Below, piece by piece: positions 26,443 to 33,901 of a stretch of 33,901 nucleotides of DNA. The translations under genes and the position numbers were made by a program. The notes below the pieces were generated by a model. That model was not told the origin of the DNA. It searched no databases and worked only from the letters and a program-made list of their open reading frames with translations. Every line of letters starts with the position of its first letter. The stretch's first letter is position 1. Source of the stretch: Candidatus Omnitrophota bacterium (lineage in GTDB: Bacteria > Omnitrophota > Gorgyraeia > JAGLLT01); assembly GCA_023140385.1 (NCBI GenBank), contig JAGLLT010000031.1:1-33901 (forward strand), in the 5' to 3' direction.

Positions 26443-27352
26443 AAATGCGTTAGTTAGCATAATTATTCCTACATATAATCGAGCTCGGATTATTAAAAGA
26501 GCCGTTAAAAGTGTACTGGAGCAAACGTACACTAATTTTGAATTGATCATTATTGATGATGGCTCTACTGATAATACTGCAGAGATTATTAATTCGTATA
26601 AGGATGAAAGAGTTATTTATATAAAGAATAATAAAAATTCAGGCCAAACAATTGCCCGAAATATTGGCCTTAAAAAGGCAAAAGGTGAATATATAGCTTT
26701 TTTAGACTCTGATGATGAGTGGCATATTGACTATTTAGAGAAGCAAGTTGCAGTTCTGAATGAATTATCAGATGAATATGGACTTGTGTACTGCAAATGT
26801 AAAAGATTAGTCAATAATAAGGCATCGTTTATTCCATCGAGAATAATTAAGGAAGAAGATATAAAGGTTGAATGGTTAAAAGAAAATTTTACAACTCTGC
26901 AAGCAGTATTGCTTAAAAGACAATATCTTAAGGAGTGTGGTTATTTAGATGAACGGATGACAGCCATAGAAGATTGGGATTTCTTTATAAGATTATCAAA
27001 TATATGTAAGTTTAAGTATAATGACGAAATTTTAGTTACTATGCACGCAAGCGCAGATGGAGCCAATGACAACATAACTAACCGCATAATGGCTAGGGAA
27101 TATATATTAGAGAAGAATAAAGATGTTCTAAAGATTTATCCTGAAGTATTAGCGAACCACTTTTATATACTTGCGATTGAGTACGCTTTTTTAAAAGACA
27201 GGGAAAATATAATTAAATGTGCCAAGAAAGCATTAGAATTAAAGCCAAAAAATAAAATATATCATTCAATGCTTTTTTTAGTAAATATTAATGTAAACTT
27301 ATTAGTTTTATATCTAAAACTACAAATTAAATTAAAGAATTTATTTAAATGA
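26435..27352 (+). CDS. Glycosyltransferase family 2
   Basis: VSIIIPTYNRA, IIDDGSTD, AFLDSDDEW, EDWDFFIR. Confidence 0.92.
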   Translation: MPENALVSIIIPTYNRARIIKRAVKSVLEQTYTNFELIIIDDGSTDNTAEIINSYKDERVIYIKNNKNSGQTIARNIGLKKAKGEYIAFLDSDDEWHIDYLEKQVAVLNELSDEYGLVYCKCKRLVNNKASFIPSRIIKEEDIKVEWLKENFTTLQAVLLKRQYLKECGYLDERMTAIEDWDFFIRLSNICKFKYNDEILVTMHASADGANDNITNRIMAREYILEKNKDVLKIYPEVLANHFYILAIEYAFLKDRENIIKCAKKALELKPKNKIYHSMLFLVNINVNLLVLYLKLQIKLKNLFK

Positions 27353-28578
27353 ACAAGAAAAAGATATTACTGTTAATTTTAGTATTGGTTTATTTGGGTT
27401 TGGCAATTGCATATGCCTTGACCATACCGGCTTGGCAGCCCTACGATGAAACCGGTCACTTTTATTACATTAATTATTTAACAGAAAATAATAATCTACC
27501 TGTTATGCCGGAAGAGCCAGGCATGCTATACGAAGCCCATCAGCCTCCTGTTTATTATTTTATAGCGAGTTTGATGCAAAGATTTACTATAGGAAGCGAC
27601 TACGTAAGTCAGGTGTTATATTTAAGGTATTTGTCAATATTTATTGGTTTATTTACAGTTATCATTGCATATAAATGCGCAATGATAATATTTAAAAATG
27701 ACAGTATCTTATCTTTTATTGCTACATCGATAATAATATTTAACTCAACTTTTTTAGCTGTTAATAGTACTGTTTGCAATGATGGTTTAATGATTTTATT
27801 ATGCTCTTTAGCTATATATCTATTTATTAGGGAACTAAAATGTAAAACGGTCAGTTACAGAAATGTTTTATTAATTGGTGTTTTATTAGGAATATCACTT
27901 TTAGTAAAATTAACTTCAATTATTGTTTTAGCTTCAATAATTTTAGGTCTATTTTATTGCAATATTATTAAAGAAAATAAATATAAAAAGTTTATTATTA
28001 ATGTTACTTGTTTAGCTTTGCCTGTTTTGTTGATGAGTAGTTGGTGGTACATAAGAAATGTAAATCTTTATGGTGCTATTGTTGGTTATCAAAGCATGGT
28101 AAAAGATCCTGGAAATAGTTTATTGAGCTTGAACGGATTCAGTATATTTTGGAAGGTTGTTTTTTGTACGTTTTGGTATCCATATCAATATTTAAGAAAT
28201 GATCCAATGGCAAAGCCTCAACCGTTTATTTATTTAATCTGGAGCATTTTAAGTGTTATGGGTATTTATGCAGTTATAAAAGAATTAATCAATAGTATTA
28301 AAAATAAAGTTTCTTTAAGCTGCATTATAAGTTTTATAATTTTTTGTATCATTCTAATCCTATTGGCCCAAACTTATACTATGTGGCGAGAAGGCAGGCA
28401 TATGCTCAATGTTTTTATTCCCATTGCTATAGTTATCGCTATGGGAATAAAAAACTTACGCGTTAATAAAATATTAAGTGCATACGTAATATTTGTAGTT
28501 TTATTACTGATAAATATCTATATCATTAGTAACAACTTAGCTCTTATTGAATATAAAACGTTTTTAAACCCATTTTAA
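27349..28578 (+). CDS. Polytopic membrane protein, GT-C fold (PMT/ArnT-like, DUF2142-like)
   Basis: TM1 followed by PAWQPYDETGH (DE motif), HQPPVYY, ND, LVK, WWYIRN..LYG. Confidence 0.7.
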   Translation: MNKKKILLLILVLVYLGLAIAYALTIPAWQPYDETGHFYYINYLTENNNLPVMPEEPGMLYEAHQPPVYYFIASLMQRFTIGSDYVSQVLYLRYLSIFIGLFTVIIAYKCAMIIFKNDSILSFIATSIIIFNSTFLAVNSTVCNDGLMILLCSLAIYLFIRELKCKTVSYRNVLLIGVLLGISLLVKLTSIIVLASIILGLFYCNIIKENKYKKFIINVTCLALPVLLMSSWWYIRNVNLYGAIVGYQSMVKDPGNSLLSLNGFSIFWKVVFCTFWYPYQYLRNDPMAKPQPFIYLIWSILSVMGIYAVIKELINSIKNKVSLSCIISFIIFCIILILLAQTYTMWREGRHMLNVFIPIAIVIAMGIKNLRVNKILSAYVIFVVLLLINIYIISNNLALIEYKTFLNPF

Positions 28579-28580
28579 TT

Positions 28581-28643
28581 ATGTTATCAATAATTATAGT
28601 TAATTATAACGGGAAGCACTTAACGCGGGATTTTGGCAAATGA
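28581..28643 (+). pseudogene. 20-codon 5' remnant of a GT2 gene (MLSIIIVNYNGKHLTRDFGK*)
   Basis: Matches the N-terminus of the 29461 GT2 (MKLSIIIVNYNGKELT); its TGA overlaps the next ATG (ATGA). Confidence 0.75.
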
Positions 28644-29464
28644 ACCAGCTATTAAAAGAAAAAATAGAAGGCATCGCTCCTTTATTAAGTGACCTTGAGC
28701 GAAGAACGTATTTCAATTTACACCAATACAGATATCTGCATACTTTAAGTGAATTACAGTTGTTATGTAAAAGCGGCAAAGTTTTAGATGTAGGTATCGC
28801 CCCCGGGCATATGGCTATGGCTTTAAGCAGGCTGGGGTATGAGGTTAGCGGTGTTTCGTATGATCCGGATAGCAACTTTGCTGACTACAAAGACAAGACA
28901 ACATTAAGAGAGAGGCTTGCCGCGGAAGATATCGTAGTTAAAAAATGCGATATACAGAGTGAACCCCTTCCATTTGAAGATAACACCTTTGATATTATTT
29001 TATTTACAGAGATATTAGAACATTTGGAACAATTTCCCAATATGATTTTAAAAGAGATAAATAGAGTACTTAACAAAAAAAATGGCTATTTAATTTTAAC
29101 AACCCCCAATGCTTCTCACTTAAGCAATAGATTAAAGTTTATGCTGGGACACAATATCTATACAAGTGTTGAGACTATGTGCTCTCTGCCTATTTATAAG
29201 CGGCACAATAGAGAATATACGATGGAAGAGCTAAAGAGATTATTAAAATACACTAATTTTGAAGTAATAAAAAGCAAATACGAGAGTTATTACTTTAGGA
29301 CTACCAAACTTAAGGAAGAGGTGGATGGGCTAACACTGATTAGCCCTAATTTGAGTTTTAAGTATTTAAAGTCGTATTTAAAGCTATTTTCTTGGCCATT
29401 AGTTACGATGTGTCCCAGCCTAAAACCTAACTTATTCGTTATAGCAAAGGTTGCACAGATATGA
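28640..29464 (+). CDS. Class I SAM-dependent methyltransferase
   Basis: VLDVGIAPG, LPFEDNTFDIILFTEILEHL, LTTPN, HNREYT. Confidence 0.88.
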   Translation: MNQLLKEKIEGIAPLLSDLERRTYFNLHQYRYLHTLSELQLLCKSGKVLDVGIAPGHMAMALSRLGYEVSGVSYDPDSNFADYKDKTTLRERLAAEDIVVKKCDIQSEPLPFEDNTFDIILFTEILEHLEQFPNMILKEINRVLNKKNGYLILTTPNASHLSNRLKFMLGHNIYTSVETMCSLPIYKRHNREYTMEELKRLLKYTNFEVIKSKYESYYFRTTKLKEEVDGLTLISPNLSFKYLKSYLKLFSWPLVTMCPSLKPNLFVIAKVAQI

Positions 29465-30381
29465 AACTATCAATAATAATAGTTAACTATAATGGAAAAG
29501 AATTAACGCTTAATTGCTTAAAGTCTATATATGAAAAACTCAAAGGCGTAGAGTATGAAACTATTTTAGTTGATAACGCTTCTTCTGATGATAGCGTAGA
29601 GGTGATAGAAAAATCTTATCCGCAAGTTAATGTTATCAAAAATGATGATAATTTAGGATTCTCCAAAGCTAATAATCAAGGGATTAAGATTGCTAAAGGA
29701 GATTATATACTACTTCTTAATAATGATACTTTGTTAAAAGAGGGAGATTTTAGTAATCTTTTAGAATATATGGAGAGTAAGGCAGATGTTGGTATTTTAG
29801 GCTGTCGCATAAACAATCCTGATGGAAGCTTGCAGCTTTCTTGTTATAAATTTCCCAGTATGCGGGAGATGTTTACACACTATACTTTATTAACAAAATT
29901 ATTTCCTGATAGCAAGTTATTCGGGGATTATAGGAACTGGCCGCATAATAAAATTGAAGAGGTTGATTTTGTTATCGGGGCATTCTTTTTGATAAAGCGG
30001 GCAGTGATTGAGAAAATAGGTATGCTTGATGAAAATTTCTTTTTAAACGCGGAAGAGTCTGAATACTGCCTGAGGGCCAAAAAAGCCGGATTTCAAACAG
30101 TATTTCATCCCGGATATGAAATTATCCACATAGGTGGAGCAACTAAAAAAAATATGAAAAAAATAGAGATTATTTCATCAATTAGGGGCACAGAACTTTT
30201 AATAAGAAGGCACTATAGCTTGGTATATTTTATTACATATAAATTGTTATCCTTTTTACTGTCATTGATCAGGTTTGTTATTTTTGGTATTGTTTTACTT
30301 TTAAGTAAAAATCCTGATGTCAGAGATAAGTTTATTCAGAGCAAATACTTAATATTGTACCGGGTGGGACTGTTTAGATGA
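29461..30381 (+). CDS. Glycosyltransferase family 2 (GT2_like_c / WbbL-like)
   Basis: SIIIVNYN, VDNASSD, NLGFSKANNQG, LLNND, LDENFF. Confidence 0.9.
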   Translation: MKLSIIIVNYNGKELTLNCLKSIYEKLKGVEYETILVDNASSDDSVEVIEKSYPQVNVIKNDDNLGFSKANNQGIKIAKGDYILLLNNDTLLKEGDFSNLLEYMESKADVGILGCRINNPDGSLQLSCYKFPSMREMFTHYTLLTKLFPDSKLFGDYRNWPHNKIEEVDFVIGAFFLIKRAVIEKIGMLDENFFLNAEESEYCLRAKKAGFQTVFHPGYEIIHIGGATKKNMKKIEIISSIRGTELLIRRHYSLVYFITYKLLSFLLSLIRFVIFGIVLLLSKNPDVRDKFIQSKYLILYRVGLFR

Positions 30382-31724
30382 TTGACAATATGCGTGATAT
30401 TCAGATTAAAAAGATAGCCTTATTGGGATTGTTAATTATCTCCGGGTTTCTTTTGGCTGTATTGAGCGCGTTATATTCATTTGCTGTTGCTCTTGGTGTT
30501 CTGTTGGGAGTCCTTGCTTCAATTGCCATATTTGTAAAGCCCGAAATGGGGCTTTATTTTATCGCGATTGTTGTGCCTATAGGCAGGTTCACTGTTCCGG
30601 GGCTGCCGTTTTTTATGACCGCGGCCGATGTACTGATTATATTAACCATGCTTTCGTGGTTGTTCAGAAAGCTGGCCTATGAGAAAAAGTACAAAATGGT
30701 CAATAATAATCTTTTTGTATTTTTAGGCTTATTTACAATCTTCAGCGGGTTGTCGATATATAATTGCATAGATAAGGTAGGCGGAACTATAGAATTTATT
30801 CAGACCGTAGAATATTTTATTATAATTCCCTACATATGCTTTGATCTTATTAAATCACTGCGCCAGATAAGAATTATAGCCTGGCTTATGGCGCTTATGA
30901 GTATACCGTTTGCCCTGTGGGGCATATATGAAGCCGTTATCTTAGGCGGCCGCGCTGTGTCAATCGCCGGGCATCCGAATGCTTTTGGTATATATCTGGC
31001 GATGATTATACCTTTAGCATATGTTTTACTGCTCAATGAGAATAACAAGTTTGCTAAACTCATTTTAACTGGTGCTTTAGCAATATCGGCTTTTGCTTTG
31101 ATGGCGACCATATCACGGGCGGGCTGGTTGGCGGCATCTATATCTTTAGTTGTTATAAATTTTATAAAAGGCATAAAAAAAACCGCCATATTAACGCTTT
31201 CTATAATTTGTCTGGTAGCATTGTTGGTAAGTTTTTATTTACCTGATACAGTATCGCAAAGATTTCAAACTTTTACTAAGCCGACATCCGCGACGACCGG
31301 CGGCAGGTTGCAGCAATACAAAAATGCCCTGGAGATGATAAAAGCACACCCATTTTTTGGAGTCGGCATTGATGAGGCCGTTAGATATAATTTATACTCG
31401 GAACAGGAAGACCTATCGCAAAAAGGCGGCGGCGAAATTCATAATTTTTACCTGTCATTTGCCGCGGAAAGAGGACTTTTGGCATTTATTTCATTTATAA
31501 CTTTTGTTTTTCTGTATTTGCGCCGTCTGTATAAGCTCAGTAATTTAAAAATACCGCTAATCTCTGATTATTCTTTAATATTTTTAGGTTGTTCATTGTC
31601 GTTTTTAGTTGGAAATATGTTTCACAATTCAATTGGGCGCGGCAACGGTAATCTGTTTATGTTGATAGTAGGTATGGCATTAGCTTTAAATAGCATATAT
31701 AAGGCCGAATATGTCAAAACATAA
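30378..31724 (+). CDS. O-antigen ligase family membrane protein (likely Wzy-type polymerase)
   Basis: HPNAFG, SRAGW, R...KNALEMIKAHPFFGVG, IHNFYL..AAERG; many TM segments. Confidence 0.82.
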   Translation: MIDNMRDIQIKKIALLGLLIISGFLLAVLSALYSFAVALGVLLGVLASIAIFVKPEMGLYFIAIVVPIGRFTVPGLPFFMTAADVLIILTMLSWLFRKLAYEKKYKMVNNNLFVFLGLFTIFSGLSIYNCIDKVGGTIEFIQTVEYFIIIPYICFDLIKSLRQIRIIAWLMALMSIPFALWGIYEAVILGGRAVSIAGHPNAFGIYLAMIIPLAYVLLLNENNKFAKLILTGALAISAFALMATISRAGWLAASISLVVINFIKGIKKTAILTLSIICLVALLVSFYLPDTVSQRFQTFTKPTSATTGGRLQQYKNALEMIKAHPFFGVGIDEAVRYNLYSEQEDLSQKGGGEIHNFYLSFAAERGLLAFISFITFVFLYLRRLYKLSNLKIPLISDYSLIFLGCSLSFLVGNMFHNSIGRGNGNLFMLIVGMALALNSIYKAEYVKT

Positions 31725-33901
31725 AATATTATTCACGATTTATTCAACTGGTTTCGCGGGAACCGAGAAGCAATTGTATTCTTTATGTAAGAATATATCT
31801 GATGATTTTGATATAACTATAATCTGCCCCAAAGATAGCCGCATAAATGAAGAATTTACGAATTTAAATGTAAATATTAAGAATTACGAATTTAAGTTGA
31901 ATGAGATCGTTGATATTTCAACGTATATCAAAAAAGAGTGCTTTGATATTGTACACAACTATCTTGGCAAGGCAGAACTCATAGGCACATTAGCCGCAAA
32001 GCTGGCAGGTGTTAAGTATGTTATTACAACAAAACACTTTATAAAGCCGGCATATACATTAAGAAGTCCGTTAAAAAAATATTTGTCATTATTAAGCCAT
32101 AAATTTATCAACCGCCTAAACTCGAAGATAATAACTGTATCGGAGTCAGTAAGGGAAGTAACCGTAAAAAGAGAAGGTGAGGCTCTTAGTAAAGTTATCA
32201 CGGTTTATAACGGCACAGGCATTGAGAGTAAGGACGCGGTTAAATCTGCCGGGTTTAAAATAGGCACATTGTCAAGATTGTCTGAAGAAAAGGGCATTGA
32301 GTATTTAATTGAGGCCATGCCTCAAGTTTTAAAGAAATATCCAAACGCCAAGTGTCTAATTGCCGGAAGGGGGCCATCAGAGCATATATTAAAGCAAAAA
32401 GTTGATGCCTTAGGCTTAGGAGATAATGTTAAGTTTGTGGGCTTTGTAGATGATATAAAGGTTTTTTTAGACGAACTTGATATATTTGTACTTCCCGCTA
32501 TAGAAGAGCCATTTGGCCTTGCAATAATAGAAGCCCAGATGAGAGGTAAGCCTGTAATTGCTACAGATGCCGGCGGCCCAAAAGAAATCATAATCAATGG
32601 TAAAAGTGGTTTACTGGTATCACCAAAAGACTCGAAATCACTTGCAAATGGAGTGATATCGCTATTTGAGAATAGAGAATATGCTTATAAATTAGCTCTT
32701 GAGGGCCAAAAAAGAGCCAAAGAGCTCTTTGCCGCTGATCGTATGGCTCAAGAAACGGCTAAAGTCTATGAAGAATTGCTTAACCCTGATAAGATTGAAA
32801 AAAAGTCTAAGGTTTTAATTATCGGCCATCACTTTGTGACTAAAAATAACCAAAGGCGCATTGAAGAGTTAGCTAAGCATAAAGATTTAGAGATTAGCCT
32901 TTTGAGTCCATATTGGTGGCATGAAGAATCCCGTAAGGTTTATTTAGAAAAGGATTATGATAAAAGTTATGCTATACATAAAGGAAGAACATTATTCACA
33001 AATCACACAGCCTTGAGTTTTTATCTGTTTAGTGTTTATAAGTTATTATGGAGCATTAAACCGGATATTATCGAGCTATCTGAAGAACCCTGGAGCTTAA
33101 CTACCTTTCAGGTATTGCTATTTAAAAAGCTTTTTCTTAGAAAAAGCACGGTGATGTTTTATTCAGCCCAGAACATCAATAAAAAATACCCTTTTCCCTT
33201 TAATTTGATTGAGCGCTTTACATTATATAATGCTGATTATTGCAATTGCTGCAACAATGAAGTTGTTGATGTTTTAAAATCAAAAGGTTTAAAAAATAAG
33301 ATAAAGGTAGTGCCCTTAAGTTTTGATATACATAGATTTGAAAGGAAAGTCGCGCGAAATAGTAATTATTTCACTATAGGATTTGTAGGGAGGCTTGACG
33401 TAAAAAAAGGTATTTTTGATTTAGCTCGCGCTTTTAGTATGTTAAGTGAAGATTGCAGATTGCTAATAGTAGGCGATGGCCCTGCAAAAAATCAGCTTAT
33501 TGATATGTTAGAAAAATTAGGGGTATCAAAGAGGGTGAAATTAGCCGGCGCGATTAATATTAAAGATATCAATACCTGTTACCATAAAATGGATGCTTTG
33601 ATTATACCTTCAAAAACTACTAAACAATGGAAAGAACAGTTTGGACGTGTTATTGTAGAGGCTATGGCATCAGGCGTGCCGGTTATCGGTTCGGATTCGG
33701 GCTCAATACCCGAAGTTATGGCAAACTGCGGACTTCTATTTAAAGAAGGTGGCATTGAAGAATTGACTGAAAAGATAAATATACTAAAAAATGATAGCAA
33801 CCTTTGGCAGGAATTATCTGATTTTGGATATAAATTATCTCATGCCGTGTATACTCATAATAAGCGGGCTGAGGGTATTTATCAGATATATAAAGAGTTA
33901 A
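31711..33901 (+). CDS. Tandem GT4-GT4 fusion glycosyltransferase (3' end beyond window; absent from ORF track)
   Basis: Hand translation from ATG 31711 (MSKHKILFTIYSTGFAGTEKQ) stays open for 730 codons; domain 1 has EEPFGLAIIEAQMRGKPV, domain 2 has WKEQFGRVIVEAMASGVPV. Confidence 0.88.
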   Translation, partial: MSKHKILFTIYSTGFAGTEKQLYSLCKNISDDFDITIICPKDSRINEEFTNLNVNIKNYEFKLNEIVDISTYIKKECFDIVHNYLGKAELIGTLAAKLAGVKYVITTKHFIKPAYTLRSPLKKYLSLLSHKFINRLNSKIITVSESVREVTVKREGEALSKVITVYNGTGIESKDAVKSAGFKIGTLSRLSEEKGIEYLIEAMPQVLKKYPNAKCLIAGRGPSEHILKQKVDALGLGDNVKFVGFVDDIKVFLDELDIFVLPAIEEPFGLAIIEAQMRGKPVIATDAGGPKEIIINGKSGLLVSPKDSKSLANGVISLFENREYAYKLALEGQKRAKELFAADRMAQETAKVYEELLNPDKIEKKSKVLIIGHHFVTKNNQRRIEELAKHKDLEISLLSPYWWHEESRKVYLEKDYDKSYAIHKGRTLFTNHTALSFYLFSVYKLLWSIKPDIIELSEEPWSLTTFQVLLFKKLFLRKSTVMFYSAQNINKKYPFPFNLIERFTLYNADYCNCCNNEVVDVLKSKGLKNKIKVVPLSFDIHRFERKVARNSNYFTIGFVGRLDVKKGIFDLARAFSMLSEDCRLLIVGDGPAKNQLIDMLEKLGVSKRVKLAGAINIKDINTCYHKMDALIIPSKTTKQWKEQFGRVIVEAMASGVPVIGSDSGSIPEVMANCGLLFKEGGIEELTEKINILKNDSNLWQELSDFGYKLSHAVYTHNKRAEGIYQIYKEL

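Noticed and set aside
5566..33800. Remaining short minus-strand ORFs inside LOG, hflKC, nnrE, wza, wzc and the GT genes
   Set aside because: All lie antisense to well-supported genes and show no independent coding evidence.
1..33901. tRNA, rRNA, intact transposase or defence system
   Set aside because: No cloverleaf, rRNA-like sequence, or transposase, nuclease or RT motifs were seen; the methyltransferases are small-molecule/glycan types, not DNA MTases.

Overview
Bacterial chromosomal window with almost all genes on the + strand; the taxon cannot be assigned from sequence alone. The left half (1-13.7 kb) holds housekeeping and envelope genes: 5'-truncated Tex, Uup ABC-F, a GT4, a VF530 DNA-binding protein, LOG family, hflK-hflC, NAD(P)H-hydrate epimerase, a site-2 protease, a type IV pilin, a CBS protein with a cation:proton antiporter, two membrane/lipoproteins, and rpmB (L28) on the - strand. 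The right half (13.9-33.9 kb) is one long Wzx/Wzy-type exopolysaccharide/capsule operon with a perfect sigma70 promoter. It encodes a BldC/Xis-like HTH, wza, the wzc membrane module, a stand-alone tyrosine kinase, then an AT-rich block of flippase, GT2/GT4 glycosyltransferases, three methyltransferases, an acyltransferase, a GT-C protein, an O-antigen ligase/Wzy-like protein and a double-GT4 fusion running off the end. Most notable: (1) the BY-kinase carries an N-terminal MshEN-like (c-di-GMP-receptor family) domain with degenerate ligand residues; (2) rpmB and its promoter lie between two 85-bp direct repeats built from heptamers, one of which supplies the rpmB stop codon, and a related composite heptamer array splits the EPS operon; (3) a relic four-helix-bundle gene; (4) a candidate ~95-nt sRNA with its own promoter and terminator; (5) unannotated micro-ORFs. 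All calls are by eye, without database searches.
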